Source: Candidatus Daviesbacteria bacterium
Lineage (GTDB): Bacteria > Patescibacteriota > Microgenomatia > Daviesbacterales > UBA10151
DNA length: 64,000 nt
Reading direction: 5' to 3'
Assembly: GCA_016176335.1 (NCBI GenBank)
Contig: JACOXI010000003.1
Coordinates: 6,920 to 70,919, forward strand
In this document: piece after piece, positions 8,922-17,655 of the stretch
Layout: every line of letters starts with the position of its first letter
How positions within the stretch are numbered: position 1 is the first letter of the stretch
The notes under the pieces: model-generated
Seen by the model: only the letters and a program-made list of their open reading frames with translations
Database searches by the model: none
What the model was told of the DNA's origin: nothing
Program-made: the position numbers and the translations under genes

Positions 8922-9830
8922 TCACTTTTCCCTTTCCACCATATATTGCACCATTTCCGAAAATAACTTTCTCATTTTGGCATCAGAAGTAATCTTTGGT
9001 ATTACTCTTTTTGCTCTAAAAGCATATTTTAACGCTTTGGCCTCTGCCTTGTCCACTGATTCTACTTCCCCATCCAAAATATCATCTCTAATCTGAAAAG
9101 CAATCCCTGCATTCTCCCCGAATTCTTTTATCCCGCGAAGCCTTGGCGAAGTGGGACCTGCTCCTGCCAGAATTGCTCCGAGTTTAAGAGGGCCTGAAAT
9201 AGTATATCTGGCTGTTTTAAGTTTAGCTGTAAGCTTCGGGTCAGCATGGGCAACATCAAGCATTTGTCCTATGGCAGTATCCAGCATTGTTTGGGAAAAA
9301 AATCTTAAGGCCTGGTTTTTTAATTTATCTTCAAAGTTGCTTTCAGTAATAATTTTTATTGCCAGAAAAAAGCCTGCATCTGCCAAAGTGATGGCCTGCT
9401 CCACTCCTACGCGCTTATACAAGGAGGGCTGACCACGTCTTTTGGGACTTTGATCAATTATGTCGTCATGGGCCAAAATGGCAGCATGAAATATCTCATA
9501 AGCTGCAGCAATTTTAATAATAGAGCTTTCAGCTGTCAGTATCGCTTCGCCCGCCTTTGGCGTGGCTTCGCTGTCAGCTTTCAGACTTTTTTTGTCTTTG
9601 TCTGATTGCTGATAGCTGATAGCTGATGACTCTTTTGCAATCTCATATCCCAACACCACCAAAGTTCCCCTGATTCTCTTGCCTCCCTTGCAGGCTTTGA
9701 TGAATTTGTCAACCAAAGGCAATAGACTTCCGGAAGTCTTGCCAACCCCATTCCTCCATTCTTTTAACAATCTCTTTAACTCTTTATCAATGTGTTCAAC
9801 TGTTTTTTGACTAAATATCTTAAAATCCAT
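8922..9830 (-). CDS. Polyprenyl (geranylgeranyl/farnesyl) diphosphate synthase; carries an in-frame repeat insertion
   Basis: The first Asp-rich motif is 'AHDDIIDQSPKRRG'. A ~95-bp repeat-derived insert encodes 'SYQQSDKDKKSLKADSEATPKAGEA'. Confidence 0.85.
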   Translation of the reverse strand: MDFKIFSQKTVEHIDKELKRLLKEWRNGVGKTSGSLLPLVDKFIKACKGGKRIRGTLVVLGYEIAKESSAISYQQSDKDKKSLKADSEATPKAGEAILTAESSIIKIAAAYEIFHAAILAHDDIIDQSPKRRGQPSLYKRVGVEQAITLADAGFFLAIKIITESNFEDKLKNQALRFFSQTMLDTAIGQMLDVAHADPKLTAKLKTARYTISGPLKLGAILAGAGPTSPRLRGIKEFGENAGIAFQIRDDILDGEVESVDKAEAKALKYAFRAKRVIPKITSDAKMRKLFSEMVQYMVEREK

Positions 9831-9856
9831 TGCCTAAATTTACCATATCCTTGGAT

Positions 9857-10788
9857 CTAGTGCACTTTTTTAGTAGAATTTCTTGACTCGATAACTCTTT
9901 TTGCCATAGGGATAATAATGCTTTTCCTCATCAAAACACCATCTCTACAAGAAATGTTATTTTCGAATTTAATACCCAGTGTTTGTGTAAGTAGTGTCTT
10001 AGAGGGTTCATCCACTACAACAAAAGTGTTTTTTATTTTTTCTGTATCAATAAGTGAGAGGAAAATCAAATCTAAGTTTTTTTCTTTTTTTATTTTAGTA
10101 AGTACTTTTTGTATTTCTTCTTTGTTTTTATTGACAAAATCATCAGTATTAACAATTTCTAATTGTGCAATTCCTAACTGTTTAGAACGAAATTCGAAAG
10201 TTGCAAAGTCATCACAGAATACTTCTTTTAAGGGTTTTTTAAATACTGACTTTGCCACAAACATTTTATGGACATAGTTTTCAGGTGAATCAAATTGTTT
10301 TACCAACCAATCATACATTTTCTTGTCCCTATCTGTAGTTACATTCGCTTGGAAATTAACGGTATTTGAGATGATCGCTGAGTAAAGCAGGGCTGCGGAG
10401 GAAGAAGTTATAATTATTTTTTCTTTAAAGAATTTTTCAGCAATTAAGGTTGCACAGGACCCAACCAATTCAATCTGTATTTTTGCATTAGGAAATTTAT
10501 CTGCTTGATTACTTGCTTTGGGTCAATTAAGTTTGAGATACCGCGTAAATCACTTGCATCCACAAGGATTAACCTGTCTTTCTGATTGAGAATGTTTTCT
10601 GCTTGAGCAGGTTTATCAATATCAAAGGTTTTAAAGACAAATTGTGCCTCACTGTGAGGTGTACCAAAAAGCGCAGCAATTGCATTCTTACCTTTTTTTT
10701 TAAGTAACTCTGCATATGCTATCGCAGAGGCAGTACCATCCAAGTCAGGATTGGAATAACCAGTAACAATAATACGTGATTGAGACAT
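9857..10788 (-). pseudogene. DHH-family phosphoesterase (family II inorganic pyrophosphatase-like), frameshifted and lacking the DHH motif
   Basis: Two overlapping ORFs (10444..10788 and 9857..10468, the second from a TTG) match the PpaC N- and C-parts ('YSNPDLDGTASAIAYAELL...ILVDASD', then 'GSCATLIAEKF'). The motifs are DHN->DAS and DHH->KQI. Confidence 0.45.
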
Positions 10789-10913
10789 AAGTTTTTAACA
10801 ACAATATGAGCATCTGGGAGAAGTTATTAATAACCTCGTTCCTGGAGACCTCCTTGCTTTTTCAAAAACAATTTCTTCTGAACCAACCCTCATTTGCCTA
10901 GTAACAATTTCAA

Positions 10914-11354
10914 TCATCCTTCCTCTGTAGGCAATAACTTCATCTCCAATTGGTACTGGAATAGTACTTCCCTGCATATGTTCTTCTGCTTCTTGCCTTG
11001 ACATGTGTCAAATATATAATAAGTATGTTGATAGAACCTTGGATCGAGAGATTCTGTGTAGTCTGTTCTTTGCGGTAACTCTTTTTGCCCAATCCAGAAG
11101 ATACCGCACAAGTTACCATTTTCATCTACCCTATCCGTAAGAGCATAAATAGTCCGACCTTTTTGTCTCCAGATCTCATACTTCTCCGGTGACATAAAAC
11201 GACCTTCATCACCATCCAGGTTAATAGGGTCTTTTTCAATTTGAGTGAATATGATAAGTTGGTTTACCTGATGTAGAGTTATACCGAAATGGATATAAAA
11301 AGATTCTTGCGTCTGCTCTGCAATAACTTCTTTAAGAACTTCATGCGTATTCAT
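10914..11354 (-). CDS. Hypothetical protein
   Basis: The ORF is 146 aa with no recognisable motifs. A 69-aa ORF (10795..11004) overlaps its 3' end in another frame, so it may be frameshifted. Confidence 0.3.
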   Translation of the reverse strand: MNTHEVLKEVIAEQTQESFYIHFGITLHQVNQLIIFTQIEKDPINLDGDEGRFMSPEKYEIWRQKGRTIYALTDRVDENGNLCGIFWIGQKELPQRTDYTESLDPRFYQHTYYIFDTCQGKKQKNICREVLFQYQLEMKLLPTEEG

Positions 11355-11401
11355 TATAGAGTATTATACTACTTGGTTTCTAGCCCTGTTATAATCACAG
11401 T

Positions 11402-12022
11402 ATGATAAAAGCTGTATTTTTCGATATCAATGACACTTTAACTAATCACTCTCGCGCACAAGAAGTCGCCATTAAGAAAATGGCCGTCTTTTTATCTAAA
11501 CATGATGAAACAGAATTTATCAAAGTTTGGAAAGAGACAGCCAAAAAATATTGGGAGCTTTTTGAGAAAAGGAAAATAACCTTTGAGGAGCAGCGCCTAC
11601 AGAGAGTAGAGTCCGTCTGGAATCATTTTAAAGCTAAATTGACACCTGAGCAGATTAACCAATATGCCAATTATTATGTTAGTTATTATGAGCAAGTATT
11701 AAGTATAAACCCCACTCTTAAAGTTTTTCTTGAATTATTACAAACAAACCACATTCCAGCGGGTATTATATCCAATGGACATGGACACATACAAAGGAGG
11801 AGATTAAAAGTTATCGGAATTGAGCCACACTTGACTAACAGGCTGGTCTTTATTTCTGAGGAGATTGGCATTGCTAAACCGGATGAAAAAATATTCATAC
11901 AAGCAGAAAAAGCTGTTGGTGTTTCCTCTTCAGATATCCTTTTCTTTGGAGATGACCTTAAAAACGATATTGAACCAGCTAAAAAAAGAGGTTGGAGAAC
12001 TGTACTGATAACACCTCCGTAG
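11402..12022 (+). CDS. HAD-superfamily hydrolase (subfamily IA)
   Basis: 'FFDINDTL' is the DxDxT motif I. The C-terminal 'FFGDDLKNDIEPAKKRG' is motif IV. Confidence 0.75.
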   Translation: MIKAVFFDINDTLTNHSRAQEVAIKKMAVFLSKHDETEFIKVWKETAKKYWELFEKRKITFEEQRLQRVESVWNHFKAKLTPEQINQYANYYVSYYEQVLSINPTLKVFLELLQTNHIPAGIISNGHGHIQRRRLKVIGIEPHLTNRLVFISEEIGIAKPDEKIFIQAEKAVGVSSSDILFFGDDLKNDIEPAKKRGWRTVLITPP

Positions 12023-12063
12023 TTTGCTTCTTGTGGATGCTTTTTGATGTGACGAGCCGATTA

Positions 12064-13233
12064 ATGGTAGAATTGCCTTTCATGAAAAGCAAACTTTCTC
12101 TTCGCGACTTTCCTTCCGCTCAAAAAAGACGCCAGTTTTTAGAAAAAGAGTTAAAACTAGACTTGGACAGTCTTGGTAGTTTCACTTTTTCAGAGGAAGA
12201 AGTCACCGGTAGAAATATAGAAAATCTAATTGGAGCAACACATATTCCTTTGGGTATCGCTGGTCCACTCAAAATCATAAATCATAAATCATCAATCATA
12301 AATCACTTTATACCATTGGCCACTACCGAAGGAGCATTGGTAGCTTCTTTATCCCGCGGCTGCAAGGCCATCACAGAAAGTGGCGGGACAGAAGTTTTGG
12401 TGGAAAATATCGGTATCACCCGCGGCCCGGTATTTAGGACTGAAAGCTTGCAGCATGGACAACAAATCAAAAAGTGGGTGGAGCAAAACTTCACCAAGTT
12501 GGCCAAGGTATCAAAAAGTACTTCTTCCCATCTGAAATTACTGAAAGTAGAACCAGCCATGGTGGGACGTAATTTGTGGCTTCGTTTCTATTTTGATACT
12601 GAAGATGCCATGGGCATGAATATGGCAACAATTGCCACAGATGAGGCAGTGAAACTAATTGAAAAGGAAACAAAAGCTAAGTGTATATCTTTGGCAGGAA
12701 ATTATGACATTGACAAAAAGCCCTCTTGGCTGAATTTCATTTCCGGGCGGGGTAAAAAGGTCTGGGCAGAAGCTGTCTTACCCAAAAAAGTGGTCAGGGA
12801 AGTGCTTAAAACTACGCCGGAAAAGATGGCCGAGGTAGTCTATAGAAAATGCTTGCTGGGTTCAGCAGTCAGCGGTTCATTGGGCTTTAATGCTCATTTT
12901 GCCAATATACTCTCCGCCATCTTTCTGGCCACCGGCCAAGATCCCGCTCATGTGGTGGAAGGCAGTTTGGGAGTGACCACTGCCGAGGTTATGCCCAATG
13001 GCAACTTATATTTCTCCGTCTATCTGCCATCTTTGGTGGTGGGAGTAGTTGGCGGAGGAACACATCTGCCTACCCAAAAAAAAGCCTTAGAAATTATGCA
13101 GGTGAACAATGTGCTAGAATATACTCGGGCTGTGGGAGCAGCTGTTATTTCTGGTGAAATTTCATTAATTGCCTCTCTTTCGGAAGGAAGTTTGGCAAAA
13201 GCACACCGGAAACTGGGTAGAAAAGGAAAATAG
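12064..13233 (+). CDS. hmgA: Hydroxymethylglutaryl-CoA reductase (class I, archaeal/eukaryotic type)
   Basis: 'ENLIGATHIPLGIAGPLKI...TTEGALVASLSRGCKAI' matches. The track ORF starts at 11992 inside the upstream gene, and an in-frame ATG at 12064 is the more likely start. It contains an in-frame 'atcataa' tandem repeat that encodes 'IINHKSSIINH'. Confidence 0.85.
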   Translation: MVELPFMKSKLSLRDFPSAQKRRQFLEKELKLDLDSLGSFTFSEEEVTGRNIENLIGATHIPLGIAGPLKIINHKSSIINHFIPLATTEGALVASLSRGCKAITESGGTEVLVENIGITRGPVFRTESLQHGQQIKKWVEQNFTKLAKVSKSTSSHLKLLKVEPAMVGRNLWLRFYFDTEDAMGMNMATIATDEAVKLIEKETKAKCISLAGNYDIDKKPSWLNFISGRGKKVWAEAVLPKKVVREVLKTTPEKMAEVVYRKCLLGSAVSGSLGFNAHFANILSAIFLATGQDPAHVVEGSLGVTTAEVMPNGNLYFSVYLPSLVVGVVGGGTHLPTQKKALEIMQVNNVLEYTRAVGAAVISGEISLIASLSEGSLAKAHRKLGRKGK

Positions 13234-13383
13234 GAGCGAAGTCACAAGTAATCAAAAAATGTAGTGCAGTTGAGCGCACCACTTATTCAATGTTTCGAAA
13301 CCAGAATCTGGCGCGAAACAAACACCAAGTGAGCGATCCGGTCGCGCGAACGGTTTTTTGTACTGTGACGAGCGACAAACATT
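13234..13383 (+). repeat. ~145-bp dispersed repeat element, copy 1 (fills the hmgA / HMG-CoA synthase intergenic region)
   Basis: It is near-identical to 26611..26759 and 57806..57960. It shares 'agcgaagtca...caaaaaatgt.gtgcagttgagc...ggcgcgaaac...gcgagcgacctggtcgcgcgagcggttttttg...tgacgagc'. Confidence 0.8.
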
Positions 13384-14427
13384 ATGATAGGCATTGTTTC
13401 TTACGGAGTTTATATACCAATATTTAGGATCAAACCATCGCAAATTGCTCAAGCTTGGGGTAAAGGGTTTGGGGAAATTGAAAAATCTTTGGGGGTATAT
13501 GAGAAGACAGTTGCCTCATATGATGAGGATGCTATAACTTTGGCAGTTGAAGCCTCATACCAAGCTTTAGTAAACGCCCAAATCAAACCACAACAAATAG
13601 ATGCCATCACAGTTGGTTCAGAGTCCCATCCGTACGCTGTAAAACCATCCTCAACTACAGTGGCAGGAATTTTGGGGTTACCAGAAGAATTGCTGGCAGT
13701 AGATTTGGAATTTGCCTGCAAAGCAGGAACAGCAGGGATTCAACTACTTGCCGACTTTTCCCAGGCAGGTCATGCCAAATACTGCTTGGCAGTGGGATCT
13801 GATGTTGCTCAATCGCGTCCATCCGATGTTTTGGAATACACCGCCTCATCCGCCGCCGCAGCCTTTATTTTGGGTAAAAGTAATATCATTGCCAATATAG
13901 TAGATTTCACGTCTTTCTCTTCTGATACTCCTGATTTTTGGAGAAGAGACAGCGAAAAATTTCCCTCTCATGCAGGCAGATTTACAGGCTCCCCTGCTTA
14001 CTTTGCCCACGTATTAGGTGCATCAGAAAGGATGTTTGAGAAAACTAAAATGAAGCCTCAAGATTTTGATTATGCTGTTTTCCATATGCCCAATGCCAAA
14101 TTTCCCAAAGAGGCCGCCAAAAAATTGGGATTTACTCCCAAACAACTTGAGGCAGGATTTATTGTTCCCCAAATAGGCAACCCCTATTCTGCCTCATCAA
14201 TGATCGGTTTGGCTGCCATCTTGGATGTGGCAAAGGCAGGAGATAAAATTTTTATGTGCTCATATGGATCGGGAGCCGGTTCAGATGCTTTCATGTTTGA
14301 GGTAACAAAAGAAATTACAGCTCATCAAAAAAGAAATCAGGAAACTGTAACAAAACAAATTAAAGATAAAGAGTATATAGATTACTCACTAATTGCTAAA
14401 AATATTTTGACAAAGTACAGGATCTAG
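13384..14427 (+). CDS. Hydroxymethylglutaryl-CoA synthase (archaeal type)
   Basis: 'MIGIVSYGVYIPIFRI' is the archaeal HMGCS N-terminus. It sits in the mevalonate operon with thiolase and DUF35. Confidence 0.85.
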   Translation: MIGIVSYGVYIPIFRIKPSQIAQAWGKGFGEIEKSLGVYEKTVASYDEDAITLAVEASYQALVNAQIKPQQIDAITVGSESHPYAVKPSSTTVAGILGLPEELLAVDLEFACKAGTAGIQLLADFSQAGHAKYCLAVGSDVAQSRPSDVLEYTASSAAAAFILGKSNIIANIVDFTSFSSDTPDFWRRDSEKFPSHAGRFTGSPAYFAHVLGASERMFEKTKMKPQDFDYAVFHMPNAKFPKEAAKKLGFTPKQLEAGFIVPQIGNPYSASSMIGLAAILDVAKAGDKIFMCSYGSGAGSDAFMFEVTKEITAHQKRNQETVTKQIKDKEYIDYSLIAKNILTKYRI

Positions 14428-14538
14428 AGGAATGTAGAATTCAGAGTTTAGAGTTCAGAATGGTGTAGAATTTAGAATTCTTAAATTGATTATAAATTCT
14501 AAATTTAATTCTGAATTATGAATTCTTAATTATAAATT

Positions 14539-15672
14539 ATGAAAGTAAAAGTATTAGGAACAGGTCTTACTAAGTTTGGAGAGCATTGGGACAAAAGTCT
14601 TAAAGATTTGGCTTTTGCTGCTGCTAAAGAAGCCATTGAGGACTCAGGACTTGACACTGACAAAATAGATGCTGTCTTTGTTGCTAACATGCTCCATGGA
14701 AAGCTCACGGGACAGGATCATCTGGGAGCTTTAGTTGCTTCAAATTTAGGAATTGTTGGCGGAGCTTTTAGGGTGGAAGCAGCTTGCGCTTCAGGGGGAA
14801 TCGCCATACATTTGGCCATCCAATCTCTCATGTCTGGAACCTATAAAAATGTACTGGTGGTGGGAGCTGAAAAAATGACCGATGCAGGAGCCTCCGAGAT
14901 TTCATCAGCTTTAATGGGTGCAGGTAGTGAGGATGAAAGAAAAGCTGGGCTGACCTTTCCTGCTTTATATGCCCTGATGGCCAAAGCCCACATGCAAAAA
15001 TATGGCACCACAAGATCGCATTTAGCCTCTGTTTCTGTTAAAAATCATTATCATGCTTCCTTAAATGAAAAAGCTCAATTCCCATATGAAGTAACTTTAG
15101 AAAAAGTCTTAGAAAGCCCAATCATCTCCTCTCCTTTTACTCTTTTTGATGTCTGTCCTGTTACTGATGGGGCAGGTGCTGTAGTCTTAAGTTCAGATTC
15201 CACCCAACCTGGAGTTTTTATTACTGGCTCTGCTGTGGCCACAGATACTGTAGATCTTTCCCAAAGAAGTAGCCTAATAGAAATTGCCGCCACCAGGCAG
15301 GCTGCAAAAGAAGCTCTAAAACAGGCTGGGGTCAAAATAAGTGACATCAAAGTGGCAGAAGTTCATGACTGTTTCACCATTGCAGAAATTTTGGCCATGG
15401 AAGATTTGGGCTTTTGCCAAAAAGGCGAAGGTGGAAAGTTCATCCAAAAAGGCTCAACTAAACTTGGAGGAAGCTGTCCTGTCAATACTTCTGGAGGACT
15501 TAAGGCTTGCGGTCATCCTGTGGCAGCAACAGGAGTAAAACAAATTATAGAAATTACCCGTCAGCTACAAGGAAGGGTGGGTAAAAGACAAGTTGCAAAT
15601 GCAGATGTTGGTTTAACACACAATGTAGGAGGAACTGGAGGAACAGTGGTGGTACATGTATTACAAACTTAA
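14539..15672 (+). CDS. Acetyl-CoA acetyltransferase (archaeal-type thiolase)
   Basis: 'MKVKVLGTGLTKFGEHWDKS' is the thiolase N-terminus. It has the C-terminal 'GHPVAATG' motif. Confidence 0.85.
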   Translation: MKVKVLGTGLTKFGEHWDKSLKDLAFAAAKEAIEDSGLDTDKIDAVFVANMLHGKLTGQDHLGALVASNLGIVGGAFRVEAACASGGIAIHLAIQSLMSGTYKNVLVVGAEKMTDAGASEISSALMGAGSEDERKAGLTFPALYALMAKAHMQKYGTTRSHLASVSVKNHYHASLNEKAQFPYEVTLEKVLESPIISSPFTLFDVCPVTDGAGAVVLSSDSTQPGVFITGSAVATDTVDLSQRSSLIEIAATRQAAKEALKQAGVKISDIKVAEVHDCFTIAEILAMEDLGFCQKGEGGKFIQKGSTKLGGSCPVNTSGGLKACGHPVAATGVKQIIEITRQLQGRVGKRQVANADVGLTHNVGGTGGTVVVHVLQT

Positions 15673-15773
15673 AACTCAAATGTCAAAACTCAAAACTACA
15701 ACTATAATCTCAAAAGTTTTAAGATTTAAGATGCAGATTTGCAATTTGAGATCTAAGATTTGAGATAAATATT

Positions 15774-16094
15774 ATGAATAGTAGTCCTGTACAAATTTGG
15801 AGAAAACATAAAAATTTACATAATTACCTGGGTAAAACAGGTAGGCTTTTGGTTTGGACTAAGATCTTTGTGGCCCCAACCGGTTTTGAGCACCAAACCC
15901 CCTATATTGTAGGCATTGTACAATTTGAAGACCCTTCGACAAGTTCAGGGCAAGTTAGATTGCCTGCGCAAGTTGTAGATTGTCCTGAAGAATCCCTAAA
16001 AGTAAACCAAAAGGTACAAGTAGTGATCCGAAAAATAGGTAAAGCAAAAGCTGAAGATGTTATTGAATATGGAATAAAGGTAAAACCTTTATGA
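15774..16094 (+). CDS. DUF35 OB-fold/Zn-ribbon protein (partner of archaeal thiolase/HMGCS complex)
   Basis: It is a small protein immediately downstream of the thiolase. That is the conserved archaeal arrangement. Confidence 0.65.
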   Translation: MNSSPVQIWRKHKNLHNYLGKTGRLLVWTKIFVAPTGFEHQTPYIVGIVQFEDPSTSSGQVRLPAQVVDCPEESLKVNQKVQVVIRKIGKAKAEDVIEYGIKVKPL

Positions 16095-16996
16095 TTTCGT
16101 TTTCGGCTCCAGGCAAAATTCATCTGCTTGGCGAGCATGCTGTAGTGTATGGTAAACCTGCTGTGCTTGCTGCCATAGACCTTAGAGTCCATGTCAAAAT
16201 TTCTCCCTCTCGTCATGCTGATCTCAACAAAGAATCTGATTCTCTAAAAAAAATCATTGAGCCTATTGTTAAAAAAGAGCTTAAGATTAAAAAAATTCCA
16301 CCTTATGATCTTAAGATTTTATCGGAAATACCCGTAGGCTCTGGTTTAGGCTCATCAGCTGCTGTATCATCTGCCTACATTGCCGCTATCCTCTCTTTTT
16401 TAAATGTTAAATGGAATTTGGAGCTTGTGAACAATCTGGCTTATGAAGCAGAAAAAGTCTTTCATGGCAATCCTTCAGGGGCAGACAACTTCGTGGTGGT
16501 ATATGGAGGGGTTGTTTGGTTCCACAAACAAACAGAGCCGGTTAAACTGTCCTCTCAAATTAAACAATTTATGCTGATTGATTCCGGCAAACCAGTGGAA
16601 TCAACCAAGGAAATGGTGGAGAAAGTCAGAATCAAGCTACAAGAATCAAGAATTGAGGTTCAAAAGATTTTTGATGATCAGGAAAGGTTGGTCAAAGAAC
16701 TGGTAGTAGCCTTAAAAGATGGGAACCAAAACCAATTAATCAGCATTATCAGGCAGGGAGAAAAGAATTTGGAAAGTTTAGGTGTGGTGGGTAGAAAGGC
16801 CCAAAATATCATCCGGCTGGTGGAAAAGACAGGCGGGGTAGCCAAAATCAGCGGAGCAGGCGGAGTAAAGAGCGGTTCCGGTATGCTGCTTTGCTATCAC
16901 CCACACCCCAAAACTTTGCTTAGCTTCACCAAGACCCATTATCTGCCGACCCTCTCCATTGCACTGGGAGAGAAGGGTTTACTTCTTTGTCGATAA
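16091..16996 (+). CDS. mvk: Mevalonate kinase (GHMP kinase)
   Basis: 'SAPGKIHLLGEHAVVYG' and 'PVGSGLGSSAA' are GHMP motifs. Confidence 0.8.
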   Translation: MISFSAPGKIHLLGEHAVVYGKPAVLAAIDLRVHVKISPSRHADLNKESDSLKKIIEPIVKKELKIKKIPPYDLKILSEIPVGSGLGSSAAVSSAYIAAILSFLNVKWNLELVNNLAYEAEKVFHGNPSGADNFVVVYGGVVWFHKQTEPVKLSSQIKQFMLIDSGKPVESTKEMVEKVRIKLQESRIEVQKIFDDQERLVKELVVALKDGNQNQLISIIRQGEKNLESLGVVGRKAQNIIRLVEKTGGVAKISGAGGVKSGSGMLLCYHPHPKTLLSFTKTHYLPTLSIALGEKGLLLCR

Positions 16997-17499
16997 AATA
17001 ACGAGTTTGGCTGGGTTAAGCATCTGTCCACTGCAAAACCAATCTGCTGCAATAATATCCTGGCTCCCTCCCCATTCGCCACAATTGCCTCTTGTCCAAA
17101 CTCCGCTCGAGCGGGCTGGGGATAAACAACAGAATAACCCCGGCTTTTACCCTGCTGCCCTCCCAAATAGTCCACATCCTTCCAGATTTTGAATCTCCTA
17201 CCTCCTAATATTTCTACTCTAGTGAGGTTAGCCTCAACCGAATTCCCTAACTCATCCCATTTGACCAACAGGCGGCTGATTAAAACAGTACCATGCTCAT
17301 CCTTACTATCTGTTCCCATCACAATCCCCAGATTAATTATTTCTGTTTCTGACTCGCTTGCTGTCTGCAGTCGCATCCCGAGTCTGGTAGCCGGCACCCC
17401 TTTGTCTTGATCTTCCTTACGAAGGTCCATAGCCTGAGCATCGTGTACGACTCTTTCAATGCGAGCGCGAATATTTTCTGCCTGCTCTCGTAGCGGCAC
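16939..17499 (-). CDS. Hypothetical protein encoded antisense within the mevalonate operon (GC-rich insert; possibly frameshifted with 17337..17579)
   Basis: The 186-aa ORF has no recognisable motifs. Its composition is distinct from the flanking sequence. An overlapping 80-aa ORF could be its displaced N-terminus. Confidence 0.3.
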   Translation of the reverse strand: MPLREQAENIRARIERVVHDAQAMDLRKEDQDKGVPATRLGMRLQTASESETEIINLGIVMGTDSKDEHGTVLISRLLVKWDELGNSVEANLTRVEILGGRRFKIWKDVDYLGGQQGKSRGYSVVYPQPARAEFGQEAIVANGEGARILLQQIGFAVDRCLTQPNSLFYRQRSKPFSPSAMERVGR

Positions 17500-17655
17500 C
17501 TCTGGAAATTCACTCCTTTGACCCCTTCTAACTTCTCCCCTAAGTTGTCTAATATTTCTCTTTCGGTAAATTTCGTCATATTGTAAGAATTCTAAACGTT
17601 AGTCATGCCAAAATCAAGCATAGCTTTCCTAATTTAGGTAATATATAATCCAGCC

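Noticed and set aside
11992-12063. An N-terminal extension of hmgA overlapping the HAD hydrolase gene
   Set aside because: The track ORF begins inside the upstream gene. An in-frame ATG at 12064 gives a sensible non-overlapping start.
17120-17160. An RNase P RNA-like 'ACAGAA..CCCGGCUU' motif in the GC-rich insert
   Set aside because: Only one short motif matches. The P4 partner strand and other universally conserved regions (GGAAAGUCCGGGC etc.) were not found on either strand.
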